Shown one piece after another: positions 1-11,800 of a stretch of 64,000 nt of DNA. The position numbers and the translations under genes were made by a program. The DNA comes from Octopus sinensis. Lineage: Eukaryota. Where the stretch lies: the NCBI RefSeq assembly GCF_006345805.1, contig NC_042998.1, forward strand, positions 109,430,001-109,494,000, given 5' to 3'. Below the pieces are notes generated by a model. It searched no databases. It saw only the letters and a list, made by a program, of their open reading frames with translations, and was not told where the DNA came from. Within the stretch, counting starts at the first letter, position 1. Each line of letters opens with the position of its first letter.

Positions 1-66
1 TCTTTTGGGACAGGTATATTCATGTATTTATTCAATGAAAAGCATGGGGTAAAGGTTCAAATCTAG

Positions 67-117
67 TTAATACTTAATACTCCATGTGGTATTTATGAAG
101 ATTCTTTCTCCGATTAC
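67..117 (-). CDS. Candidate exon (VIGERIFINTTWSIKY* in phase 0)
   Basis: Acceptor cttttactttatgcttacatacag|; phase fits the preceding candidate exon. Confidence 0.25.
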   Translation of the reverse strand, partial: VIGERIFINTTWSIKY

Positions 118-445
118 CTGTATGTAAGCATAAAGTAAAAGTTCAATCTATTCCAATTTAAGAATTCTATATTGTTGTTTCTTTTTCTTGTGCATACATT
201 TCAATATTAAAATTTTTCATCAGCACAGTTTATGGACAATTATCTTTAGATTACTAATGAATTGAAGTCAAAATTAAGTTTTTCAGAGTTATGTATAAAC
301 TATAGTAATATACAAAAATATATATAAATAGAAGAGTAAACAGGGTGGACATAGTCAGCAGAAAAAACATGTAATACCTATATGCTTTTCACTAGGGAAA
401 TTCATTTAAAATGGTGATATTTTTCTTTTTGAGTATAAAACTAAC

Positions 446-631
446 ATCTGCTGATGAGTAGAATTGATCTATAATGCAATCAGTTTCCATCTTCCAATGG
501 ATTATCCTCCTATATAGCCAAGGCTCCATCTCCAGCTGACATCCTGTTTTGATCACTTTTCTTATACATCTAGCAAGACAATTGTGACTTTAATTCACTT
601 GTAACATAAAGATAATGGCCCATAAGCTGTA
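446..631 (-). CDS. Candidate exon with uncertain acceptor (631, 587 or 569), encoding ..CIRKVIKTGCQLEMEPWLYRRIIHWKMETDCIIDQFYSSAD
   Basis: Strong acceptor tttttatattccttcag| at 631 and donor GAT|GTTAGT at 445. The 186-nt span has one in-frame TAA after codon 13; the distal 41 codons are open and look protein-like. Confidence 0.4.
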
Positions 632-1042
632 CTGAAGGAATATAAAAACATCAAAGCAGATTATGAATAGAAGGAGTAACAATATAGAATACTTATTGTA
701 ACTATATTTCAACTAAAAAATCTATGCTTCCCATTGACGACTAATAAAAAACAAAATCTTTTACATAAACACAACACTGAATGTTAAACATTAATTGGAT
801 TCATTTACATTTCTTTCATAAGATTCTTGATGTGAAGCTATATTGTTTCAAAACAAATGTTGCAGGAGTTTCAAAGGGTCATTCTGCCAATAAAAGTAAG
901 CAAGGGTGCTGTACACTCATTGGAAAGGTTATATAAGTGTGACAAATAACTTTGATTGATTGATTATGAAAGAAATTAACTCCTGTCAGCACATATGATT
1001 TGATTTATAGAATGATCCTCACAAAATATTGCAATGTGTGTG

Positions 1043-1089
<47 letters not shown>

Positions 1090-1114
1090 ATGCATACATA
1101 CATATATGTATATT

Positions 1115-1539
1115 CTTTTACTTGTTTCAGTCATTTGACTGTGGCCGTGCTGGAGCACCACCTTTAGTCAGACAAATTGACCCCGGGACTTATTCTTTGT
1201 TAGCCTAGTACTTATTCTATAGGTCTCTTTTGCTGAACCGGTAAATTATGGAAGCGTAAACACACCAGCATCGGTTGTCAAGCGATGCTGCAGGTGGGGG
1301 GGGGAACCAACTACACACACACAAATACACACACACACACATACACACACACATACATACATATATTATTTATACATACAGGCTTCTTTCAGTTTCTGCC
1401 TACCAAATCCACTCACAAGGCTTTGGTCGGTCCGAGGCTATAGTAGAAGACACTTGCCCAAGGTGCCATGTAGTGGGACTGAACCCAGAACCATGTGACT
1501 GGTAAGCAAGCTACTTACCACACAGCCACTCCTGTGCCT
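1115..1539 (-). mobile_element. tRNA-derived SINE, near full length, with internal (CA)n
   Basis: Head has A-box-like TGGCTGTGTGG and B-box GGTTCAGTCC on the minus strand. Reverse complement of the copy at 48791-49170; partial copies at 4996-5180 and about 38490-38570. Confidence 0.85.
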
Positions 1540-1564
1540 ATATATATATATATATATATATACG

Positions 1565-1870
1565 ATCATAGCTGCACCATCCGATTGTGGCCATTGCCAG
1601 CCTGGCCTGGCCTCCGTGCCGGTGGCATGTAAAAAGCACCATCCGACCATGGCTGTTTGCCAGCCTCATCTGGCACCTGTGCCGGTGGCACGTAAAAAGC
1701 ACCCACTACACTCATGGAGTGGTTGGTGTTAGGAAGGGCATCCAGCCGTAGAAACATTGTCAGATCAGACTGGGCCTGATGCAGCCTTTTGGCTTCCCAG
1801 ACCCCAGTTGCACCGTCCAACCCATGCCATCATGGAAAGCAGACGCTAAATGATGATGATGATGATGATG
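1565..1870 (+). mobile_element. Short element matching the 3' UTR of the RTE LINE family, with (GAT)n tail
   Basis: Reverse complement of 50095-50400, the 3' end of the RTE copy. Decayed copies at about 24770, 27140-27330 and 35020-35170. Confidence 0.75.
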
Positions 1871-2079
1871 ATATATATATATATATATACACATACGTAC
1901 ACACACACACACACATTACTATACCTATATATATATAAGTTTACATGTAGAGAGAAGGAACAACTATTCTTTCAAATATTTTAGTTTCCAAACATTGAAG
2001 TTAAAATTTTTACTTTAAAGATTTTGTTTCATTGCTGGTTTTTTGTTTTATGTTTAGTTTGGTGCAATAACCCTCTTAC

Positions 2080-2199
2080 CATTTCAAAACATTTTTAACA
2101 TCAAATTCTGAATGAATTGATAATAATGGCATGCTATTATCACAGTTTGTAGTAGGCCAGAAAGAAAGTGGAAATGATGTTATAACTGATATACTGCTA
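2080..2199 (-). CDS. Candidate 120-nt exon (SSISVITSFPLSFWPTTNCDNSMPLLSIHSEFDVKNVLK), phase 2/2
   Basis: Acceptor ttttaaatctcgcag| (tandem cagtagcag), strong donor ATG|GTAAGA, open frame of 39 codons. Confidence 0.45.
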
Positions 2200-3136
2200 C
2201 TGCGAGATTTAAAATTATTGAACAGTTAATACTTTTTAGTTTAATAATCTATTTCCCTTAAGCTGTATCTGTTGATGGTTGAAATGATAGGCATAATAAA
2301 AGTACCCTATATACTAAGAAGCATTCTAAGAAATTTTTTGTTGACCTGCATGACCAGGCTTCCCTTCCATTGTGAAAGACAATCTGTACATCTAGATACA
2401 AGGAGTGTATATAGGTTCTCCACTTGGGCTCACATTTGCATTATTCTACATAGATATTCAACTTGGGCTCGTATTTGCAGTCTTGAAAATAACAACATAG
2501 TATTAAAATAAGTATGTTTACAGCATATTTATTATGATGAGTGCTGAAGAACAAGCAAATACATTCACATAAATCAGATTTTAAAAATAATCTTATCTGT
2601 AAATTTTCAATCAAACATAGTTCAAACATAAATTCAAATAATACTGGCTCATTCTTAAACATAAGCATAGCATTGGAGACCACTCATATTAGCTAGTGAA
2701 GCATGCACAGACAGGGATAACAAATGTCCCTATAAATATAAAAGATCTGTTATGAAATCCCTTAGAATGTTTTGCAAAAGGAACTTTAAATAAGGAAACC
2801 TTAAGGGTTAAGCATTCAGGATGGATATTAAGCATGCTAAAAGGGATATTAAGCATGCTAAAAACCTAAGCAGTAAAATAATACAAGAAGATTTTCACCT
2901 ACAGAAATGCAACTGATACAAAACAGTAAAAACACACAATCCTCTCATACATTGCACTACATAATCCAAATGCTCTTTGTTTATAGAATGAATGAGCTTG
3001 TCATTGGAATATTCATAAAACAAAACACATCATGTCTAACCACAAACTAACAGTTGGGATATATTAAAAAAAACGTCAGAATTAAAATCTGTCATATACA
3101 CCTGAAACTACAAACTTGCTAGTTAACAGAACATAC

Positions 3137-3169
3137 TTTAGACGGAAGTTGTAAACTTCATGACACAAA
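3137..3169 (-). CDS. Candidate 33-nt exon (LCHEVYNFRL), phase 2/2
   Basis: Acceptor tttgtttgtacatccaatataacag|, donor AA|GTATGT; length is a multiple of 3 and the frame is open. Confidence 0.35.
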
Positions 3170-4868
3170 CTGTTATATTGGATGTACAAACAAATATGAC
3201 ATATTTTTTATCAGTTTTCAAGTTTTCAATGCATTTACAATTAAGAGAATTACAGCACATATAATACTGAATACAAAACCAAACTGGAAAGGAAAAATCA
3301 TTATTTGATAGCACTACCATCTGATATAAAAGTGCATGAAAGGTTGGATTTACTTTAATAGTTTTATTAATAACAAAATACAAACCAAACGTTAGTACAC
3401 AGATACAGCTCATGTAAAATAGACTATGAAAGTAACCAAGAGTAAAGTGTTAAACAATTTAAAATCCTGTGACGTTGATTTTATCATTTACAACACACCT
3501 GCTAGTATCATTTCATTGAAAAGATGATGTCAACAATGAGAAATGCCATTATTCTAAACTAGACATAAAAGACTAGTAAGGAAATATGACAGATCTTTAA
3601 TAAAAGAGATTAAATCCAAACTCAGTTATGTTGTCAATGTGCTACTTAAAGTTTCACCAAATGAATTGCATAGGATTACTGACTAATTATACCTGATGAT
3701 CCTCTAAATCTCTAGTATTCTCTGGATATTACTATGTAGTTCATCTTGTAAAGCTTTAAAGTAGTACACTGTTTCAATCAGGTACTGTATTATTATGATA
3801 TAATTATATTGTTATTGAGTTCTTTCTTGTTCTATGTTGATAAATCTTACAATATGTGTATGTGTGTGTGTGTGTGTGTGCACGCATGCATGTGAGTGTG
3901 TGTATATGGGTGTGTGTGTGAGTGAGTGTGTTTGTATGTGTGTATGCACACACACACATATACATACAAAGCTTAAATATATACATATATGTGTACATAT
4001 ATATACATATATATGTACATATACATATATATGTATATATATATACATATATATGTGTGTGTGTATTTATTATGTATTTGGGGATATTTATTTATGTAAT
4101 TGAGTGGAGTCATTCATGCATTTTGTGTTGGTTCTTTACTTTCTTTCTGTCTTTACTTTTCTTTGTTTCCTTATTTACTTACACTGTTTACATCCACTCC
4201 TACCAGCGTGGAACGTGGACATTAAATAACGATAATGAGTATGGTAATGAAGTGTTTGTATTTGAATTTATTGTCAATAAATACACCCTCCTCCTCATCC
4301 TCATCATCTGCAGCAGCATCAGAGGCATCATCATCATCATCATCATCATTACCATTTTCATCACCATCCCCAAATCCATTACCACCAAACTGCCACCATC
4401 TCCACCACCATCATCTTCCACATCACTGTCATTGTTGTCTTTATCATTATTGCAATCACTATTATCACCATCATCATCAATATCATTAATTACACAAGCC
4501 AGTATGGGTGCTTCTATGTAGACACTAGAGACAACAGAATCTAACGTAACCCACAGCCAGTTATCTTAAATAAAGAAAGGAGATACTAAATAATGAACCT
4601 CTAAATAACAGGCCACATATCATGCCATGAAAATGTCTTTAAGATATATTCTCGATTGTTCATCTATTAAACAATCTTATAATAGATGAAGCCTTAATAA
4701 TCAAGGCTTCTCCACTAGTCATATTATATTGTAGAACAGACATGCTGGTCAGCCAGTCAAATTATAAATCAAGAATTAATATAAAACTATGGAATATAGC
4801 CTAGCATATCTTTTAACTAGCTTCAATTTTTTTTAAATATGTCTGCATGCTTGAGGAACTTGCTTGTT

Positions 4869-4912
<44 letters not shown>

Positions 4913-6126
4913 GCACATGTGTGTGTGAGTGAGTTTATATATCCGCTCATTTTTATGTATGTTAATTGGTTGTAAACAAAAAGCTCATCCATACTCTTTT
5001 ACTTGTTTCAGTCATTTTAACTGTGGCCATGCTGAAGCACCACCTTTAGTCAAGTAAATCGATCCCAGGACTTATTCTTTGTAAGCCTAGTACTTATTCT
5101 ATCGGTCTCTTTTGCCGAACTGCTGAGTTATGGGGATGTAAACACACCAGCATTGGTTGTCAAAAGATGTTGGGACACACACACACACACACAAACATAT
5201 ACACATACATACATACATACATACATATACAACCTGAAGATCCTCTTGAAGAGTTTCTTCTGTTCAGAAGAATCACTTTTAAGAGGATCTCTGAAAGACA
5301 ACTTTGACAATGTAGGACATCATCCTTATTTATAGCAAGCAATTGTAAAGAAAATGATGGGCAATGATTGCTTCTCTGATGGGTGGTATGAGGAATGAGG
5401 AGAGATCAAGGCTTTTGGAATTGTATGACAAATTATCTTACCATTTACAATACAAACTTCAGGAAACTGACTAACCACCTGATACCCTACCAGTCAGATG
5501 AACACTCAGGTCAGATAAGCTTTATTCTCACTTGGAAATGAGATAAGCAGGTGTTTTTAAAGGCTAAATTTTTTCCTTATAATAAAATGTACCACCCAAC
5601 ACTCAGTGCTACATCATCTTCAATCCATCATCACAGTTCCACCATTATCATTACCACTACCATTATCCACATTATCTTCACCATCCTTACCACCTCTACC
5701 AATCCATACCTCCAAAATCACATCATCTCCATCATAATATGAGCACTCACTATCACATTATTCAATCTCATCACTACTACAACTGCTGCCATCACCACCA
5801 CCACCACCATCACTTTTAACCTCCCACACTTCATTACTACCACTGCCATCGTAATCATTCCCACTTCATCATTTGCAACACCACTACCTCCTCCATTGTC
5901 ATCTTACTACACATCATGACCATCACCACTAGTACTTTTTGCATATCTTCATGTTGTTACCTTTAGAATCATTAATCCTCACCTATGTTCTCCAAAAACA
6001 TTGTTTCTTTACATTATCATTATCTTTAATTATACTCAGTTGATGTATTAATGCATGTGATATATGTATGAACAATGTCCCTCTTCAAGGTCTTCATTCT
6101 TCTGTCAACATATCATTATTACTAAC

Positions 6127-6248
6127 CTCATAAATAACAACTCCCATTGGCCATAAGGTCACATATTAGGGAGAAAAGCACCTGGCTAGTATTCATTATA
6201 TCAGGTCTGGCATGGTGAAGAGCCCAGTGGATATCAGCATGATTTCCA
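6127..6248 (-). other. Candidate 122-nt exon with stops in all three frames (UTR or poison exon) of the minus-strand transcript
   Basis: Acceptor tatatatctcttatgttcag| and donor TGAG|GTTAGT. Confidence 0.3.
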
Positions 6249-6722
6249 CTGAACATAAGAGATATATACTGAAAGATATCTAGTTCTACAATCTGCACAT
6301 AGTTACCACTGCACATGTTCACTACTCCACAGTTTTACCAGTCCACATTTTTTTACCAATACATATATTTCTGTATTTCCACATATCAACTAGTTCACAT
6401 ATCTGGCCCCTAACATACTACCCCTACAATATTCACTTTTTCACTTATCTACCTCTTCACTTAACTAACTTTTTCACTTACCTACCATCTCTCCACTTAA
6501 CAACTCTTCCAATTATCTACCAGTTATTGTAACTACCACCACACGTTTCTAACATTCTACATATTTATCGCTTCACATATCTTTATATCAACATATCTAT
6601 CACTCTACATGATTATCATTCCTTATACATCCTGCAATAAATAGATAATATTTGACATAGGTATCACTCAACATTCATATTTTTTCAGTGAGCTTGTAAA
6701 AAAAATATATATATTAGTAACA

Positions 6723-7026
6723 GAGGCAGTATTAATACCAAAATGTACTTAAATGTTAATATTTTGTTAGAACAAACTGTACTGTGGTAGGTACCTTGAG
6801 AGAAACTCTCATATAGGCTTTTGATAGAAAATGTACTCTTGCTTATATTGTTAGCAGGGAGATAAATCTCCAACCAACTACAGCACTAAGACCACCATGG
6901 CAAACGATATAAATGAGTGTACATTTTGCACCAAAATCCTATATGAGAGTTTCTCTCATGGTATCCACCACAGTAAAGTTTGTTCTAACAGAACATCCAC
7001 GTTTAAGTGGGAATAAATATTACCTC
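6723..7026. repeat. Imperfect fold-back element (~300 bp)
   Basis: About 6766-6858 is the reverse complement of about 6900-6990 (tgttagaacaaac..gagagaaactctcatatagg / cctatatgagagtttctctca..gtttgttctaaca). Confidence 0.85.
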
Positions 7027-7463
7027 TCATATCTTTCTATGTTCTTACTACCTCACAAAGCTACTACTCTGCATTTATCCTTTCTCATAATATTATTTCT
7101 AATGAATAATTATTTTGATATTTTCATTTGATATAATCCATCAGTATGATGAAAAAATGTTTCCTATTAGCAAATATCTGAAATAAGAAAGAGAAGAAAA
7201 AACTTGAAAATTATTGTTGTTGTTGTTGTTGTTTATTCTCGCTATTGTTGTTGTATTGATTCACATGATGTTTGAGAAATGCTTATTAAATTTTCAGAAA
7301 ATGTTAAACTTCCTTCTTTTTAGCAGAATATCTCCGGATAACAGTTAATAATAACAGTACCCATTTTAAACAAAATGAAGTAAAATATATTTTGGGCACA
7401 AAATATGTTTGCTTGTGGATTATTTCAGATTACATTCTTACTATTAAATTACACAGATGCTAC

Positions 7464-7510
7464 CTTATGCTGAATGCAGATTGCAAATAGCTGGAAGCTG
7501 AAGGCGCCAT
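7464..7510 (-). CDS. Candidate first coding exon of an unidentified minus-strand gene (MAPSASSYLQSAFSI, phase 2)
   Basis: aacaatcATGGCG start context inside a small CpG cluster; donor AG|GTAGCA at 7463. No family recognised. Confidence 0.35.
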
Positions 7511-7537
7511 GATTGTTAGGTAAACAACGCGTTCCGC
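7503..7537. promoter_or_regulatory. Small CpG-rich promoter-like patch (YY1-like GCGCCATGATT, FOX-type GTAAACA, ACGCGT)
   Basis: Four CpGs in about 35 bp within CpG-poor DNA; motif matches made by eye only. Confidence 0.35.
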
Positions 7538-9482
7538 TTTCAGTCTTTTGCAATCAGCCTTTGTCATCACAAGAACAAGCTTGCCACACTCAAAGATCAG
7601 CAAGATATTAATTATAATGGTGAGAGCAGCAAAGCAAAAACTAAATCTATTAGTTCACCTTTTTGCTCATAGGTAAAACCTAGAATAAGATTTATATCCA
7701 ATGAAAGAAAAAAAATGAAAATATTGAAGAAAGAATAGTAAAACAAAATTTTATGACATTTAGAAATGTTGTTGATGTTATAAATGCCAATAGGATACAG
7801 GTTAAGATCATTGTTAGATAAGTGATATCATGACAAGGAAAGTACAAAATATCTACTTTTAGTTGGGTGTTTTTGAGGGAATTCTTAGGATGTTACAGAC
7901 AAGATGAATCATTAATATTAACAATATTGTTTCTGAAAGAAATATTGACTAAGTCAAAAATCAAGAAGTTCTCTACTTGTAATATATCAGTTTCAAATTT
8001 TGACACAAGGCAAGAAAATTTGAGGGAAGGGGTAAGTCAATCACATCAACCCTACTGCTCAACTAGTACTTACTTTATTGACCCCAAAAAGAAAAAAGGC
8101 AAAGTTGACCTCAGCAGCATTTGAATTTAGATTGTACAGATGGATGAAATACTGATAAGCATTCTGCTTGGAATGCTAATGATTCTACCAGCACTTCACC
8201 TGATTCTACTAATAATTATATCCCCAGTTTGTTGAATGTGCTTGAACAATGGAATCTAAAACATACAAGACAAGTTAGTTGCATAGCAACTCCACTCATT
8301 CCTATTTGTTACACTTGTCTATATTTCTCTCACATCTTACTTCAAAGCCATGCTTCAACTATTTTACTCAAACCTTCCCCTCCAGAGCATCGTTACCCAA
8401 GAATTTTCTTTTTCCCATCCATATTTTCCTTGTAGATGTTGACCTATAGAAATTGATGAAGCAGAGCATAAACAGTATTGATCTTATCAGCCTTAAAGGG
8501 CCTGAAAAGCTCATGGACGTGGCCCCTTCTCCCAGATTAATCCATAAAATGTTACATACTTATTGAGAAATATCACGTTTCCAAACAAGCTTTTATGATA
8601 ATCATTCAGATAATTCTAAATATTTACTCATGTTGAAGAAACAAATATTTTAAAATTTTACTATTGGGTGAAATTTTAACTTAATCTTACTATTAGGAGA
8701 AATGTATTAAATAATGTAACTTGATTTTGTATCTCAAATTCTTGGGATGTGAAGCAGAAGAGGTTAGTCACATCTCAAGATGTAGAGATGAAAAATTATC
8801 ACGTGTTGAGGAATAAACAAAAGCAATGAACATGGTGGTGGTGGTGACAGCAGAAGTGGTTGTGGCATCAGAAGTGGTGATGTTGGTGGTGACAGAGGAG
8901 GAGGTGGAGGCAGGGGAGGAGGTGAAGATAGAAGTAGATTGCAGGTATAAGCTTGTTAAAGAAAGTATCATATATTATGTTCTGCAACTAATATCTTTTT
9001 ATTTGGTTTTGAGCTAACAGAAGTTAGATAAAATCACTATAAAAGTAAATCAACAGCAGACGTAACTAGATATAACCTGAAGGAAGTTGTATAAATGATC
9101 ACATTGTTCTTTAGGAAAGATTCTGAAGAATAAAGAACTACTTTATATGAAATCAAAGAATTGAATTGTTGGAAAATAGTTGAAGCCTTATTAATCCTAA
9201 TAGAATCTCCAGACTTAGACAAACAATAAACACAAAGCAAACAACAGTTACGTTACAAAACAGCTTCACATCATCAGCAACAGTTTCACTTGACAGCAAA
9301 ACACATTGCAACAGCATATAAAACAAATCTAACAAAAGTAACATAACATTCAATAATGGTGAGGAGAGAAAACATGGATATTATCAACAAAACTAAATAT
9401 ATATCAAAAATCCTTTAAAAAGTAGTGAATATCTTTAAAAATATTTGAAATCAATATAGAAGCTACAGCCACAAAACTAACT

Positions 9483-9711
9483 TTAAACCTTTAGTGTTCA
9501 CATTATTCTGCCAAAATTAATGCTTCTTTATCCACATTGTTTTGAACTAATCATGCATTATCTTGTAGCTTTGAGACTTTGATGAGGTAGCTGTTAATTT
9601 TTCAAACGATATTGTAGGGTTGGTGTGAGAGACCAGATCTGGCCAGTTTGAACATAAAACAGGCAGAATACTTTTGGCCGGATATGGCCGGTTTAAATGC
9701 TAAAGGGTTAA
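9483..9711. mobile_element. TTAA-flanked MITE (piggyBac-like termini)
   Basis: Termini TTAA(A/C)CCTTTAG..CTAAAGGGTTAA; a second copy at 32167-32373 shares the internal sequence. Confidence 0.75.
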
Positions 9712-9986
9712 GGATGTTTTCAGTTACAAAATAAGCAAAATTGTTTCTTTTAATTTAATTTGCTTTTAAGATTTTTCACTGTTTTACCAATTTTAGGTTG
9801 ATAAAAGTAACTGAAAGGAAACTAAACTGTTAATTCTAGCAGACAGGCATTTAGCTACAGGTTAACTCTGCTGTTGTAGTCTTATGATCTGAATAACAGG
9901 TTACTGGATGATACAACTACCCATACACACGTATGAGTATATGTATGTATGTATGTATAGTATATATCTACATATATATATATATC

Positions 9987-10040
<54 letters not shown>

Positions 10041-10876
10041 AAATATACAAGGTGCATAAGATATTTGAGAACAGATTTATGTTTATAAAAAACAGATACA
10101 TAATAACTAATAATAACTTTATTTATCAAAAAATTCTATAAGGACAAAAATAAACCTTTTCTATAATATTATTCAATAAAGCCACTTTCAGCCTCAACAA
10201 TTGTTTCTATATGAGAACTAAATCATCTAAATGCTCAAATCAAGTGGTCCTGGTTCATTTTGGACTTTACTCTGACTATGGCTGCTTTCATAGAATCTTT
10301 GGTGTTATGAGTGTATTCATTGACCTCTCTCTCAACAACGCTCCACTCTCAACAATGTAGTAGTCCAATGGATTAAGATCTGGAGAATTAGGAGACCAAA
10401 TGTTATCTATATAACATCTATTTATATATAACATCTATTTACCAATTGAGTAAACAGAACTATGAACACACCTAAATTCTCTTATCAATAACTCTTCAAA
10501 GAGTTACTAATTAAAACAAAATACTTCTTAAGCTCTCCGTTAATATATAATATAATATCCAAAGTTAAAGCCTATCACCAGTTGACTTTGTAACTCCATG
10601 ACTGCATTCCCTAGTTAATATACAAGAAAAGGCACAACTAATGGGCATTACATGTTTATTTATTTGTACATCATAGACTTACAGATGTTTCTGATATTAT
10701 TTTATAGTGTGTTTATAGTTCTATTTACTCAAATGGTCAACTGATCAATTAAAAAAACCTGAATGACCTTAACTAACACTATCATCTTCAGGGTCAATGC
10801 ATGAATAAATAAATGTGTTAAGCCCATAATTTATGGCCTCTGCTCTGAGCTGAAACTAAAGAAAAAAAAATATATA

Positions 10877-10927
<51 letters not shown>

Positions 10928-11469
10928 ATAGAGAGAGAGATGTAGTAAGATATATATACTTATATTATTTAATAAACACAATATATATTTTCTTGAGCTA
11001 CTATTAGTTTCACATGATGAAAACAGCTCAGACACCATTTTTAACACATCTGGTGTCTTCATGCAACTCTCAGGCTGTACCCACATAGCATAACATGCTA
11101 AAAACAGGATGATAGGATGAGATAAAAAAAAATGAGAAAAGTTGAGAAGGAAGTAGACGTAAAAAGTGGTATGTTAAAAAATGAGAAAACATAAAAAAAA
11201 AACAAAAAAAGCAAGAGGGGAGAATGCCCCCTTTGACCATAAAGTCATAAGGCTGACAGGGTAGTGGTCTAGAGTCTGCAGTACAGATGCTCAATCTGGA
11301 GAGGGCGGTACATTCCAATTTGACAATAGTAACTCATCCATATGCTTACAACCACTGAAAATTTCAGATCTGGAATTCAGCAGTACAGTAGAGTTCTTAG
11401 ATCTGAAATGGTTCTATGTTCTTTCAGCTATGCATAGCTAACATTTTTTCGATCCATTGACATATGGTG

Positions 11470-11800
11470 TGGACTTTTCAACTATTTTCCACTTTATTGT
11501 ATATGATGTGGTGTTAGACTTTAAACTCCATATGTGGCTAGCCAACTTAGTGGCTTTACTTTTGTCCTTATGTTGGAAGGAAGATATGTGGTTAGCATAG
11601 TGATTTTTGAAGTCACCTTTACATGGCCCAATGTATCCTTTTTTTCAGTTCTGTTGTCTCCTAACATTGCTGTAACTTCTGCCTTGTATATGACGGATTT
11701 GATCATGCATCCCTGGTCAAGTGGACAGTCACCTCTGGGAGTAGGCTCTCGGTGACGTTTGTCTGTAACAATACTTTCCATATTAGGGCAGCAGATATAT
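11470..11800 (-). mobile_element. Decayed Penelope-like GIY-YIG fragment
   Basis: CPLDQGCMIKSVIYKAEV, then a frameshifted ..IGPCEGDFKNHYANH..KATKLASHIWSLK-like tail. Confidence 0.7.

Noticed and set aside
451-460. Isolated CTGATGA/CTGACGA heptamers (451, 3693, 16218, 23502, 34476, 42354 and others)
   Set aside because: No properly spaced GAAAC..GUH or complementary stems; expected by chance in AT-rich DNA.
446-2199. UGA at the 2080/569 junction read as selenocysteine; METDC match to the GSKIP N-terminus; faint likeness to MAIP1 or CENP-L
   Set aside because: No SECIS element or selenoprotein family recognised, and the similarities are too short to support a gene name.
4141-4260. Apparent splice signals on both strands around ctaccagcgtggaacgtggacattaa
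   Set aside because: The sequence is a decayed end of the RTE-tail repeat beside a (CAT)n tract.
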